From positions 111,662,001 to 111,726,000 of the forward strand of contig OX597816.1 of the NCBI GenBank assembly GCA_951406725.2: a stretch of 64,000 nucleotides of DNA, written 5' to 3'. Position 1 is the first letter of the stretch. Each line of letters starts with the position of its first letter. The stretch comes from Octopus vulgaris. Taxonomy: Eukaryota. The translations under genes and the position numbers were made by a program. The notes under the pieces are model-generated. The model did not search any database and was not told where the DNA came from. It was given only the letters and a program-made list of their open reading frames with translations. Positions 1 to 14,234 of this stretch are shown one piece after another.

Positions 1-90
1 TTTCGAAGGAGATGATGTTAAAACTTAAGTAAATAAGATATTTTTTTTATCAAACATAATTAATCTGGGACCTTTTAGATATCAACCTGC
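1..90 (+). mobile_element. 3' end of a decayed mariner transposon (transposase C-terminus and right TIR remnant)
   Basis: Reads FEGDDVKT* (mariner 'GDYFEG' C-terminus) and aligns with the reverse complement of 52726-52812. Confidence 0.65.
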
Positions 91-169
91 TCACAGCCAC
101 CCCTGATTGTTGGGTGCAAACTTCATATTTTTAAGAGATCTTTATTAAATTTCCTCTTCTTTTATGTCA

Positions 170-287
170 CAAATGCCAAGTACAAGTAGTAGTGACAAAA
201 TTATTTTTACAAATTTTTTCATTATTTCAAAATTAATTGAAATAAAATCACTGTACTTCAATAGAAATATGGTAATGTAAGGGTTAA
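170..287. mobile_element. Partial piggyBac-type MITE end
   Basis: Ends in AAATATGGTAATGTAAGGG-TTAA, a GGG-TTAA terminus like that of the MITE at 63714-63948. The other end was not found. Confidence 0.35.
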
Positions 288-637
288 TAGTTTCAAGATA
301 TACATTATCTAATGTGTCCTTCTCGCTCAGTTCTCTTTTATATCACACTTAGTTTATTTATGTCTAACCTTCTTTAATATCAAACTTGGTACATTAATGT
401 TCATTACTTTCTTTGAAGTTACACACACTTGGTTAATATATATTCACTTAGAGGTAACATTAGATATATCTATGTTCACAGTCATCTTTCATTTTATGCT
501 TGGTATATTTAGGTGTATGTATGGCCGTGTAGTTTAGAACTTTAGTTTCTAACCCAACCGCATGGTTTCAAGTTCAGTTCAGATGCAAATTATATTACCG
601 CTTGAGTAAGTGTCTTTAACAATATATATGTGTATGT

Positions 638-684
<47 letters not shown>

Positions 685-759
685 CTATATGTATATGATG
701 GAATTTCCCATCACAGACGATATATGAGGGTTTGGCTTTTGCTGGAAAACTTGCACAGA

Positions 760-996
760 TGATTTGTTTATAGTAACCAAATGCATGTGTTGTACATTAG
801 CTTACATGTTCTATCAAACCAATATTGCCTTGCTCAGGTGCACAAGTGTGCCACACATCTTATGTTGAAATGATCACAGAGCAACGTGAAATGAAGAGTT
901 TTGCTGAAGAACACCACATAGCACCCAGTCCAGGAATTGAACCCATGATCTAGCAATCATGAGCGCAACGCTCTAACCACCAGGTCATGCACCTTC
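760..996 (-). mobile_element. Degenerate tRNA-headed SINE (family C)
   Basis: Minus strand GGTGCATGACCTGGTGGTTAGAGCG...GGGTTCAATTCC carries A/B boxes. Head is shared with 15418, 47659 and 58877. Confidence 0.6.
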
Positions 997-1070
997 ACAT
1001 GCACACACACACATGCACACTAACATATGTATATGCACATACAGACACTTACATATATATGCATATATAT

Positions 1071-1180
1071 TTAATATATCTGAAAAATACATGTTAACAC
1101 GTTTTCAGGATGATTCAAAATTACTTAATTTTGGATCATCCGGTAAACATTGTGTTAACATGTATTTTCGGATGTGTTAA
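1071..1180. repeat. Fold-back palindrome, ~54-bp arms, 2-nt loop
   Basis: 1071-1123 matches the reverse complement of 1126-1180 at 46 of 56 columns. Confidence 0.9.
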
Positions 1181-1308
1181 TTTCAATGATGTTTTCTATA
1201 TTTAAAATCTAAATATGCTGATACAACAAAAACAATTGTCCGCTTCATAGGGTGAATTCTACAAATAAAGATATGATGTCCTTTATCCTACTTTTGTCAT
1301 GTGTGTGT

Positions 1309-1367
<59 letters not shown>

Positions 1368-3029
1368 TGGTCATGGAGAAACATCACCTTGCTTGGAAAC
1401 AGGTGATCGTTGAAAAGAGAAAGAGAATCTGATCATAGAAAATCTGCCTCAACAAAATCCATCTGACCCATTAAAGCATGTAAATATCATGATGGAGATG
1501 GTTTTGTTTGACATCTGTCATGTCATCAAGCTTGATGTAGTTATATTCACAATCCTCTTTGACATCAGATCTCTATATTTTTGTTCACTTCCTTCTTTCA
1601 TGTCATCCTTGGTTTGTTAATTCTCTTTGTTACTATACTTTATTGTCATACTTGATATATTTATGTTCATCATTGCCTTTGGTGTCACACTTGGTATATT
1701 TGTGTTCACACTTCTACATATTTTGATGTTATAGTTGATATGTATATGTTCATTGCCTTCCTTGCAATCATAGTGACTATATTCATGTTTATTACATTCA
1801 GTTCTTCCATGTAATACATGCATCCTACTGTGTTGTGCATCATTAAATATTAGAGGAAGTTTTTTTTATAATTGTTATTGCAAAAGCAATTGTTGTTTAT
1901 AAAGTGAATATCTCTAAGTAAAACGCCATCACCTTGAATGATAGGCTGCATTTGACAGCTAACCATACTGTATAATTTTGGTCTGTTGACTATAATACAA
2001 CACCAGACTGATTAAATGCCATACCCATCAATGTCAGCTTGCACTAATGTATTAACATGTGTGTGCTTATAATTAATTCTGTTTACTTGAGTATGTTATA
2101 TCAAACTGATTAGCTTCTATCTTCTTGAATAATGAAGTCATTCGTGAATTTGAGCATTTAATACTCATGAATGTCTGTCTAATAACTAATATTCCCACTT
2201 ACAAATGTTATAATAAGAAAAGGTTGCATTCATACCAAGAATAATATTTTAATATATTTCTTTCCGAATGTTAGATTTATGGTTTTGGTATACCTTCATA
2301 AATTTTTAGGGTAAGATACACCAATTCAAATTCATATAATTTTGATCTGTAGCTTTAAAAACCAACATTTCTATAATAGACTCACATATAGAATCGTTGG
2401 TCTTATATCTAAGATACTTCACCATATAAAATATCTTTCTATTGTTATTAACATTACCGTTTTAGTGACCCCATTGCCATGCCTACCTAAGTCAGATGAA
2501 GCTTATAGAGGCAGATTTTCTACAGCCTGTCACCAACCCTCACCTGTTTCCAAACAAGGTAACATTTTCTTCATGGCTAGATATGCTTTTACAGAATATT
2601 GGAAATGAATGACACTGCACATGTGACGATGACACTCATCTACAAATATTTCACAGACAAAACACTAGAGAATTCTTCACATTTCTGGCACTGCCAATAC
2701 TCATACATGCACACATGTTCTCCACAGTGTTAAATAAAAGAATTACTCAACAACACACTGCTATATTTAGCTCATTAATAAACTGTTTCACCTCTGTGTC
2801 TCTTTTAATTCAACTACAATATTTTCTGCACTCCTGAATTAGAAAACTCCAAAGCTTCATACAACTCTCATCAAAGCCAATAGGATGCACCTGCTTTTTC
2901 ACTTTTCTCATTAAGGCAATGAAGGAGATTCATATCTCTTTAAAATTACACTGTATCACCTTGGAATTATCAGGACACCTTGCTTATATACTAATAATAC
3001 ATTATATATAGTCTTGATAAGATTATCAT

Positions 3030-3760
3030 ATCATCATCATCATCATCATCATCATCGTTATTCAACATCTGCTTTCCATGCTGTCATGTGTTGGATGGTT
3101 TGGCAGGAGCTGGCCAACCAAAAAGATGCACCAGGCTCCAATTTTCAAATTTGATATGGTTTCTAAAGCTGGATGCTTTGTCACCTTTGTCACCTTTTTG
3201 TCCCACATTTTCCAGGCTCTACCCCCTCTACATGTTGCCTCCACAATTAGAGATCAACACTTCTTTATGCAGCTCACCTCTTCCATATACATCACATGGC
3301 CATACCAGCATAGCCTTCTTATACCCAATTTTTCTTTTAAATCATTTTCCTTCTGCCATACATACACAATGACATTACCTGCCCAGTAGAGAGTGCTGGC
3401 TTCATTTCTTTCAAACCTTCACATGTCATCTGTAGTTATAGTCCAAGTTTCACTACAATGTAGCAAAGCTGTACATACACAATTTCCCCTCTAGTTCTGG
3501 TAGTGATTCAGTTATATGAACAAGGTCATCAACATAGAGAATCTCACAAGGGCAACCAGTCTTAAATTCCTTTGTTATCACCTAGAAGACTACGATAAAC
3601 AAGAGGGAGCTGAGAACTGATCCTTGGTGAACTCACACTAAATCCGTTGCTATACTCATTCCTAACCTTCACCTCACTGACAGTATCTCTGTAGTTGGCT
3701 TGTACAGCTCTCACCAACCACTCATCTATCCTTAGCTTCCTCCAGATGGAAAAAACGAAA
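3030..3760 (-). mobile_element. Decayed RTE-clade LINE 3' fragment
   Basis: (CAT)n tail and CCATGCT...TGGATGG 3'UTR. Minus-strand peptides WYGHVM and WRKLRIDEWLVRAVQANYR, the latter also at 57860-57930. Confidence 0.8.
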
Positions 3761-4192
3761 TCTGGAAAATGTCTAAGTACCACTACCACTGTTGCCCCTG
3801 CTCCTAGTTTTGTGCCACATCCATACACAAATTCCCAATCCGCTCAGTATTTCTGCCTCCCATTTCCTATTTTATGTCTCTTACATCCTAGTACTGCACT
3901 AACAACTCCACCCAGATTTCCTTGCAAAAATACAAGCCCTCTGGGACTCTCTGTCTCCCCATGATTTTTTTTCTTTTTTTTTTCCCTAATTTTCTATAGC
4001 TATTAACTTGCAACTGTTTAAGAAGAAATATTAACCACATCAATTTCACCAAGTTACAGATCAAATACAAAGGAAACGGTGAAGCTGATGAATACATTCA
4101 TAAACAACATCCTCTGGTGCAAAATGAAAAGAGCCACATAGAAATGACATGCTACATTCACCCAATTTCCAAATAAATCATTATTTAACAGA

Positions 4193-4440
4193 AGTGACTG
4201 CTAAGATTAATTTAACTGAGTTAATTACCATTTTATGGTGTATTTATAGACATAAAACTGCACATCATAGAATTTTTGGAGACATTAAAGGATTCCAGAT
4301 GTTTATTTTATGAGCCAATGAGGGAGCTTGTGATTACTAAGACTAATTAAACTGACTTAATTACTATTTTATAGTGTATTTTATAAGCAATAAAGCACCA
4401 TACTTTAGAATTTTTGTAGACATTCTGGGATTCCAGCATG
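4193..4440. repeat. Diverged tandem duplication, ~137-bp period
   Basis: CTAAGATTAATTTAACTGAG...GGATTCCAG recurs as CTAAGACTAATTAAACTGAC...GGATTCCAG. Confidence 0.8.
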
Positions 4441-4760
4441 ACAATCCTGTTTGGTTTTATTTGTTTTGTATAGGAGGTAATTGTTCATGTACATATTTGA
4501 CAATTTTACCCAAACAACAAATATTTAACATTGCACCAGTTCATGGATTAACCTCTCTTTTAATTGGCAAATGATTGCTTGAGATCATTGATACCATTCA
4601 CTCAAAATAACTTAATATTCCAGAAAAAATTTCTATCTTACCACACCATCTTGAAGTTTGTAGATATTCTTAGAAATAGAATATATTCAATTCAAGGATT
4701 TAATTGTAAGATATGATGTGTTTTTAATCTAAATCCAATAAATAACACTAAATGTATTTT

Positions 4761-5156
4761 TACTCTTTTACTCTTTTAGTTGTTTCAGTCATTTGACTGC
4801 AGCCATGCTGGAGCAAATCAACCCCAGGACTTATTCTTTGTAAGCCTAGTACTTATCTTATCAGTCTCTTTTGCCGAACCACTAAGTTACAGGGATGTAA
4901 ATACACTAGCATCAGTTGTCAAGCGATGTTGGGGGGACAAACACAGAGACACAAGCACACACATACACATATATATACATATACATATATACAACAGGCT
5001 TCTTTCAGTTTCCATCTACCAAATCTACTCACAAGGCTTTGGTTGACCATAGTAGAAGGCCATAGTAGAAGACACTTTACGAAGGTGCCACGCAGTGGGA
5101 CTGATACCGGAACAATGTGGTTGGTAAGCAAGCTACTTACCACACAGCCACTCCTG
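4761..5156 (-). mobile_element. tRNA-headed SINE (family B) with internal (TA)/(TG) microsatellite and (AAAAGAGT)n tail
   Basis: Head GGAGTGGCTGTGTGGTAAGTAGC. Homologous copies at 8815, 33268, 55013 and 55259. Confidence 0.85.
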
Positions 5157-6457
5157 TTTTTTTTTACTTCTATTTTCATTTACCATCAAAATCTCCCACC
5201 ACTGGTAATACTCTCATTCAGATGAGTAAGAACTGAGAGCATTGTTTAAAGAAGGATGAGGTGAATATCTGTTGTTGAACTCTCACAGGACTTTGTTAGT
5301 GTCAGTTATTCAATAGAGTAAGCTTAAACATGCATCTTTTAATTCTTGTGATGTTAACTACAAGGTAGGATAGTTGACAGATTGTAGAATCTCCCAAACA
5401 TAAACAAGGAAATATTATACAACTTATTCTTGCATAGCTTTCAGGTCAAGGATTATATATAGGCTTCAAACATCTCTGACCTAACAGTATTGTCATAAGT
5501 GCAGAAAGACACTATAAAGGCCCAGTAATCATCCTGGTTTATTCTAGCACTTACGGATTGCTGTTCTGTTAAAACTACTATTATTTTTTATGACAAACCA
5601 GTTATTAACTGAGACTACCTTACTCCTGCCTTTCAGACAGATTTCCCAGGTCCTGTTAGATGGGATGAAACTGAGATAGCCAAGTTGACTTTTTCGTTCT
5701 CAGTCATAGCACTTTCTAGAACTCAGTTGTACTGTTGTGAATATTGAGAGTTAAAAGAGAAAACATTGTTTCAGTTACATTGGCCATATAAAATTCACAA
5801 TGCTAGATATAACAAATGTGAATGACTGTACCAATAGGTGAAGTATGGGAAAAATATTTGTTTTGAATAATAAATAGTGTCCTACAATTCATGCAAAAGT
5901 TTTCTATTTCTTGATTTTTCTTTTCTTTCATTTGTTATTTATTTTTGCTCTGTTTTGTAAATGTATGTCATCATCAGTATTTATCAACAGTTATTTTTTT
6001 CTGTGTTGGTATTCATTGCATGAGAACAACTGAGGTGATTTTTCTACAGCTAGATCCCCTTCTCATTCTCAACTTTCACTTGTTTCCAAGCAAACTGCTT
6101 GATTCCTTCATCTTTCGAGTAATAAACCCTTCAATGACCAGGTATGATTTTCATAGTAGATGTAAACAATGATGTCAGCTAAACAGTATCATGACATTGC
6201 TTTTACACACCTTACAAACAATATCAAGATATCAGGTGGACCAAAATACCCAGCCACACATGCCTGTACCAATATTCATAGATATCTTACGGATTTCTGT
6301 AGTTTCCGTATATCAATGCCATTCACAGACATTGGTCAGCCCAAAACTAAAAAAGACACCTACCTATTGACTCAACACAGCATGAACAAACCTGAAACTT
6401 TGTGGTTGTGATGTAAACTTCTTAATCAGATGACCATACTTGTGCCTATAAATATAG

Positions 6458-6688
6458 GTAGACAGATAGACAGACAGATACACAGACAAACAGACTATTG
6501 GATGGACTGGCAAATGGACAGACAGAGAGATGGATGGACAGATTGATGGATGGACAGACGGATGGACGGAAAGATGGACAGATGGATGGAAGGCAGGTAG
6601 ACCTGCAGGCAATCAGGCAGCCAGACAGGTAGGCAAGTGGACAGGTGGGCAGACATACAGATACACAGATAAATTGATAGATATATCA

Positions 6689-6727
<39 letters not shown>

Positions 6728-6835
6728 CCTGCTCGCTTAGCCAGCGGAGTGGCGTCATTTGAAGGCTAAAAGAATGCGAAGCGCATTGTGACCAGTGACG
6801 TGTAGCAACATCTGATAGCCTGGTCAGTCACGGTG

Positions 6836-6871
<36 letters not shown>

Positions 6872-6900
6872 GTATCTATGTATGTATGTGTGTATATATA
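6458..6900. repeat. GACA/GATG low-complexity tract and (TA)n, with a CpG-rich 112-bp insert at 6725-6836
   Basis: Direct reading of the sequence. Confidence 0.85.
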
Positions 6901-7894
6901 TAACTTCATTTATTAAACTTTAAATCACAGTCACCCAAACATGTACTCAACTAAAAGGCATTGAATAATTCTTCAGTTTAATGTTAAGTTGTTTGTATAT
7001 ATATATTTGGCTTGACATAAAAACATTCATATATTTTAACATATTCTTGTTCATTTGTTTAATTACTAACCGTATTGCTAGTTGTATGCCACAGTAAAAT
7101 ATATGTTGTTACTTAGCCAAGAGTCAGTCCTAATAGAACAAGTCAATAACCAAAGCATTCCTGGGATGACCATCCTGTCTGGCTTTAATTTATTTATCTT
7201 TAAACTTGGCATATCTCAGACTACATTATCTAATGAATCTTTTCATTTAAAAAAAAAAACCGGCAGGATATGATTTGCAAGATATTTGGCTTCTATTTCT
7301 GATCGAACATCGAACCACATAAAATATCTTTCTTCTACACAAAGACATATATGTAAGTTTCTGTCAGAGTGCAGTGAATTGTTCTGCTTTTGAACTGTAT
7401 TGAACTCTAATACTGCATCTTTGAAAGCTGCATGGTAAATATGGAAATAATTGAAAAAAAGAAAAGCCATCAGCAGCAGCAGCATCATCATCATCATCAT
7501 TAACATCTTTAAAATATCATCCTCAACATAATTATGTTGTCTTTTTTTTAATTTTTTATTTTCGTGCATTTCATAACCTGGCTACACGATTCACTTTTGT
7601 CGTTGTTCTTTTAGTTGTTGTTTATTTCTTTTGATATAAAAGAGGCCTTCTATTTCATTCATGTTTAGCAATAAAAAAAAAGAAGAGAAAAAAAGAGAAA
7701 AAATATTCCCAAAAAAAGTAAAACTGAAAATAGAAAGAAAACAGAAAGAAACTGCATGAATATCTTGGCAGTGTTCAGAAAGGGAACTATAGCAAAAGAC
7801 AACGTCATTTCATTATCGTCTTTGTATTTATTTTCCCACAGCCATATATAACTAGTTATGCATATACATATATCCACACATCTACACACACACA

Positions 7895-7936
<42 letters not shown>

Positions 7937-7989
7937 TCTATGTGTGTGTTTATGTGTGCATGCGTATGTGTGTGTGTATACATGCATAC

Positions 7990-8046
<57 letters not shown>

Positions 8047-8735
8047 CTGTGTGTGTGTGTACATATATTTCCCTCTCTCTTTCTCTCTCTCTCCTTTGTT
8101 CTTCTTTTCTCCAACTCTTGCCTCATTCCTTTCTGTGGAAGAGCATAGGCTCACAATGTCAAAAGCTCTTCTATTTTTTCTGAGCGTCAAACTAATGCAC
8201 CTTGTTTGTTGTTCTCACACCTGTCTCTGTCTTGTCTTTTGTTTTTTGTACAATTCTGAAACACACACACACACACACACGCACACACACATACGCACAC
8301 ACACACATACACACACACAAACATACATATAGATGCACCTTAGCAGTGTAGTTAAGAATTTTACTTTACAGCCATGTGGTTTCAGATTTGGTCTCACTTT
8401 ACAGCATCTTGTGTGATTTCTGCTATATTCTCAACCTAACAAATGCCATATGATGGAATTTGTGAGAAGGAAACTGTAAGAAGCTTATTGTATACTATAT
8501 ATGTGCGTGTATGTACATATGCATGAGTGTGTGTATATGTGTGTGTGTGTGTGCATGTGTGTATGTATGCACATATATATTTGCATGATACCGGCATCTA
8601 CCATGACTGCGATTTTGCTAGGCTTGATGGGTCTTCTCAAGCATGACATAATGCCAAAATTCTCAGTCATTGCCTCCCAGTGCTTGAAAGGAACTCACCC
8701 ACTTTACCTCTGTGAGTCCAAACACTCAGGAGGAA

Positions 8736-8770
<35 letters not shown>

Positions 8771-8814
8771 CGTGTGTGTGTGTCTGTTATGTATTTACAT
8801 GTGTGTATGTGTGT

Positions 8815-8970
8815 GTGTGTAGCTGTGTGGTAAGAAGCTTACTTCCCAACCACAAGGTTCTAGGTTCACTCCCATTGTGTGGCTCCTTGGGCAAGTGTCT
8901 TCTACTATAGCCTCAAGTTGGTCAAAGCCTTGTGAGAGTGTTTCATAGATGGAAACTAAAAGAAGCCTGT

Positions 8971-9019
<49 letters not shown>

Positions 9020-9157
9020 ATGTATATATATATGTGTGTGTGTATTTGTGTGTGTGTGTCTTTGTGTGTCTTTATCCTCCACCACCATTTGACAATTAGT
9101 GTTGATGTATTTACATCACTATAACTTAGTGGTTCAGCAAAAGAGACTGATAGAATA
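8815..9157 (+). mobile_element. SINE family B copy
   Basis: GCTGTGTGGTAAGAAGCTT...CCTTGGGCAAGTGTCTTCTACTATAG...GCAAAAGAGACTGATAGAAT. Confidence 0.85.
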
Positions 9158-9311
9158 TGCTTGTATGTACATATAAGTATGTATATAAATTTATATATTT
9201 ATATAAACATCTTTAAAATTGCATTTTGAAACCTTCTTTCATATATAATTCCACTCGTGCGGTACCTTACAACTCCACTTTGTTATATATATATGTATAT
9301 AAATATATATC

Positions 9312-9675
9312 TCATCATCATCCTCATTTAATACCCATTGTCCATGCTGGCATGGGTTGGACGATTTGACTAGGGCTGGTAAGCTGAGATGCTGTACCAG
9401 ACTCCAGTCTGATTTGGCATGGATTTTCTATGGCTGGATGCCCTTCTTAATGCCAACCATTCTGAGAGTGTAATGGGTGCTTTTACATGCCACTGGCACA
9501 GGTGCCATTTGCATGACACCGGTGTCTGCCATGACTGATTTTTCTGAGCTTGATGGGTCTTCTTCTCAAGCAATAAATAATGCCAAAGGTCTTGGTCATT
9601 GCCTCCCATGAGGCCCAACACTTGAAAGGAATTCACCCACTTTGCCTCTGTGAGGTCCAACACTGAAAAGGAAAT
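9312..9675 (-). mobile_element. RTE-tailed element (3'UTR-derived)
   Basis: (CAT)n followed by CCATGCTGGCATGGGTTGGACG...GGATGCCCTTC. The inner part also occurs at 8580-8735. Confidence 0.8.
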
Positions 9676-10041
9676 GTATGTGTGTGTGTCTCATGTTTCC
9701 TTATCTATACTCCTGCAGCTTTGCGTTACTGATGCTACAATATTATACAATATTATTGAAATTGCAATGATTTTTGGTCAATAACTGATGAGGGGTGAGT
9801 GTGTCAATGACCAATCTATGACCTTTTCCTGCTTTCCTAGTTTTCTGTACAGTCCTTTGTTATCCTACTATGTCAAATTTTACTCTGTGTGTGTGTGTAT
9901 GCACGTGTGTGTGTGTGTGCATCACCATCATCATTTAATGTCTGTTTTCCATGCTGGCATGGGTAGAACGGACTGAGAGGAGCTGGCAAGCCTGGGAACC
10001 GCACCAGATACCATAGTTTGTTTTTGGCTTGGATTCTACAG

Positions 10042-10080
<39 letters not shown>

Positions 10081-10311
10081 ATGTATGTATATATATGTAT
10101 GTATGTATGTATATGTATATTTATATGGATATAAATATATGCATGTACAGATATTTATGTATATATTCAAAAATATGTGTGCAGATATCTATGTGAATAT
10201 TTGTATGTATATATATATATGTAAATTATATTTATATACATATGTATGCATGCATACATGTACATATTTACATGTATGTATATATTTATATGTGTGTATA
10301 TGTGTGTGTGT

Positions 10312-10377
<66 letters not shown>
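10312..10377 (+). repeat. (GATA)n microsatellite
   Basis: Perfect tetranucleotide run. Confidence 0.95.
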
Positions 10378-12249
10378 GTAACCACATGCCTACAGATACA
10401 CGTACATGTAACCATGCATACATTTCCATACACACACCTTGAAGTAGGAGATTTATATGTGATTTACAAAGAAGTTGTTTTTCCACCCACCACCTTTTTT
10501 GTCTTTTCTTGCTATCATTTTTTCCCCCCAATATTATATTTCGCTCATTCTTTTCCCATCTTTCTGTCTCTCTCACTTTGTCTCGCTTCCTCTCTTTCTC
10601 TTGTGTTTGTCTTCTTACATTCTGTACTTGTCAGTCTTTTAGAAAAGAATATTTCTCTGATGTTTTATTATCCTATAGAACAAGACACATGACTTTGTCC
10701 TGGATAGTAAATTATTGATGAATAATACGAAAAACATTGTTGAAGGCAGTAACAGTGGCAAGAGTGGAATTGGTGGGTCTGAATGAGTATGTGTTAATCG
10801 TGGCAGTGGTTGTAGTGATAGTTAAAGGGAAATTTTGATGGTAATGGTGGTGAGATTGTGCTTGATGTATCTATAACAATAACAGACACCAAAGGGAGAA
10901 TATTATATTAACCATAATAATAATTATCATTATTATTAATATATTTATCATATTTTCAAGTTTCATGTGAGTTTCTGCTATGCCACTATGTGCACCTCTA
11001 CGTCTCTGAGATGTGTGCAGGTTTGTCTTTTGAGAGAGTAGATTATAAGAATATGCTACATTTCTTTTGCATTGTTATACAAGTTTGTTTTTGTTGTTTC
11101 TGGTGATATTTCAGAGTTTTGTCTGTTTATTGTGTGAAGTATATGTTATGTGAATTTTGTTATTCTTATTCTTGGTTGCTTTTGTGATTTGTATATGTTA
11201 TGTGAGATGTATTTTGTTTTTTAACTTCACATGTTTATTGTGAAAAACATGTTTTCTGTGCCTATTGCTAGCAGTGTTATATACTTCGGTAGCAGTTATG
11301 TAGAATGTGTATTGTGTGAGTTGTTGCTGTAGGTTCAGGTGTAAATTAAGTAAGAATATGTGTGGAATTATTTTTCAAGGCTAGTGGTTATATAGAGTAG
11401 GTACTGAGTTTAGAATATGAACTGCATCAGTTGTTGGTAATATGTGGGATGTGTTTCACGATTGCCACCCAATAATATAACACATCCAACACCCACACAA
11501 AACATATTCCTCACAATAACCAACTGACACTAAAACCCAAAACACAACTCTTACAACCCATCAAGAGCACAATCACCACCTAACAAATTCTACAGCTCAC
11601 ATTTCATATAATCAGTGTATTATGTCGATTACATAATAATATATGTTGTGATGTTTTATTGGGTGGTGATTTTTAAAAGCATGTGCTACAGGAGTTGTAG
11701 CAATGGCTATAAAGTGTATTGTGTGACTTGTACTGTTTTGTTACGGGATGAATTTATGATGTTTGCATTCTGTGAGTTGTATTATTGTATTACACAATTA
11801 TTGTTGCACTTATTGAAAATGGTGAACAGCTGGAAGCTGGAATTTAGTTATATCCTTTAGTATATTAGAGTCAATTCCTCCTAGCTCAATTTCCTGAGGT
11901 CAATACCTGTCAGGTGATAGAGTCAATTAAATAAATTATATCTTTTAACCCAGATTTGTACCATTCTACTTATATTATGAAGAAATAACTTTTATTTTTT
12001 TAATAATTATTATTGTCAAGATTAATGTATAATAGATATGTTATAACTCAAAACTAATTGTTTTGAGTTATCTAAGGACTTCCCTTTACATACTGTAACT
12101 TGCATCATGCCTGAAAATGAAAGAATAGGCACAAGTCAAGTTCTAGAGTCAATTGTTACTGTTGCTTCCTAGAAGTCATTCCAATTATCATTACAGAATT
12201 TCATGGTGATACACAGAAACATGTCTTTGAAATTTAGTGATAAGTGTCT

Positions 12250-14200
12250 CAAACTCTCAAAAATATGGCCAAGGAAGTGTACAGTGTAAAGATGACAGGA
12301 TTTTAAACCTTGTCTGATCAAGTTTTGATTATTGTCTCTCAATTCCTTGAATAAGTTTTTCGATGTTTCTTTAAATAGCTATGAAACTATTGCTACTATG
12401 ACAACACAGGTAATTGCAAATATATTTCCACAGTTTCCTCACATCTCTAGTCAAGTTCTATTGTTGTTCCTTATTTTCATCTACTTTCACTTTAGTACAA
12501 CAAAATCATATATATTTTAACTTTTTTTTTTTCTCTACTATAATCATATCTGGTATCTGTGTCTACTGTACAGACAAACCCTCTGAATCTTACAACTGTC
12601 ATTTTCAGAAGTAGCTTCTTGGATGTGTAAGTAACATTTTTCATTTATTTGTAATCCAATCTTACTATTAACCTCGTAGCATATACTTTTGCCTGTCCTG
12701 TCTCTTTATTTCTGTGTCTTGTGTTGTTTTTGTTTTTTTCTAGTACCAATGTCTTTTTATATAAATTTGTTACATCCTCACTTTGTTTGGTTGACATTTT
12801 GTGTACTCTGTCAAAAACATTCTAAATGGGTTTTTTTATTTTTATTTTTATTTTTGCTAAAACTGCCCACTTTTGCTTTAATGGTGTTTATTCTACTTGT
12901 TTCTACTCACATAGTCATGATCAGAGCTTCTGTTTCCTCACTTTTGTTCTCAATATTTCAGTTACATCCACTATTCTCCTCCTTCAATACTTATTGTTTG
13001 CTTGATAAACTAGCCACATAACACTTTTTCTTTTCATTTTCCTATTTTCTCTCCTTTACAATTTTTTTCTTTCTTCTTTTGTGTTTTTGTTATTTAGCAT
13101 CCTTGTTACAACATACATAAGCTTGTTCTGTAATTGCCAATTCAGTAGTTTTTTCTTTTATATTTTAAGTCTACCAACATTTTTGTGGAAGTAATCCATT
13201 GTGCATTGTTAGTGGCATTCTGATGTATTTATCCATTCCCTCTGGTTAATTTTTCATCCAATGAAGAAAAGCTGCAAAATATCAAAGTATTAATATTGCT
13301 GCTATGTTGATTTCTTTAATGATGTTCTTCTCATTTAGTTTTGTTTTAAAGATTTTCTTACCCTCCCTACTATCCTTTTAAATTCTTCACTAATTTTACC
13401 TTTTATTTCCTTCTGTTTAATCTCATCCTCCTGAAACACATCCAAATAATTATTCCACTCACTGCATCAGTGATCTTACTGCCTTGTTATCTGAAAGAGT
13501 GATTTGCTCAGACTTTGCCCATTTCCTTTGTTACAAGTACAGCACACATTTTAATACCAAAATGCATCCTCATTATGATCTAAAATTCTCACAGATTGTA
13601 TCAAAGAATTTTACCCCACACTTTTGAAGTAAATGTTAATGTCATCCATGAACATTAAATGGTTAATTCCCTCATTAGTTTTGGTTAGATGCCACCTCCA
13701 GTCCATTCTTTCATACCTTATAAGACAGGAGGATCAAAGCACACTTAAGCAGAAGTGAGCATAATGAATCTTCTTGGAAAATGTCTCTTTATTCTAATTA
13801 TCATCCAGTTACTTTTCACCACATGTCAGTTCAACATACAAATAACTTACACTGGTCTCAGTGAAATTTTGTATACCAACTTCAAAACCACGTATTTTCA
13901 AGCACTCCAGAACCATAGTATAGAGGATCAGATCACAGGATTTTCAGTAAACAATTCCTCTAAGCACTTTGTTTCTCTCTTCCTGGAGTATCATTTGATG
14001 AATATACTAGCTGATCATCTGTTACTCATTATCTTAATTATTGTACTCCAATATGTAGGTATTATATTTCCATAAAGAAGCATATCTCATTACTTGTCAT
14101 TCCTATCAAATGATGTTATTTGATAATACTGTAGTTGTTCATTTTAGCTTCTTTCATTTTGTCTTTCCATATTAAGCTAGTTTTTCATCTTCTCTTTAAT
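12250..14200 (-). mobile_element. Highly decayed R4/Dong-like RLE retrotransposon
   Basis: Broken minus-strand motifs: RIKR.IFQEDSL, NHLMFMDDINIY (RT catalytic site), PLTMH, and PDMIIVEK (RLE). Confidence 0.6.
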
Positions 14201-14234
14201 GATAGTGAATTTTCTGCTTGGCATTGATTAAGAT

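Noticed and set aside
5555-5565. 11-nt minus-strand micro-exon with GTAAGT donor
   Set aside because: Weak pyrimidine tract, not frame-preserving, no supporting neighbours.
7858-10576. Many ORF-track peptides rich in YI, CV, HT and YLSI (also 33446-33915, 39307-39819, 45276-45634, 48215-50331, 59235-61383)
   Set aside because: They are translations of (TA)n, (TG)n, (GATA)n and (CATA)n repeats, which lack stop codons.
10940-11450. Possible very old RLE-element 3' end next to (ATT)n
   Set aside because: Only a faint resemblance, and no motif could be read reliably.
12043-12071. 12-bp AT-rich hairpin
   Set aside because: Short and AT-rich enough to arise by chance.
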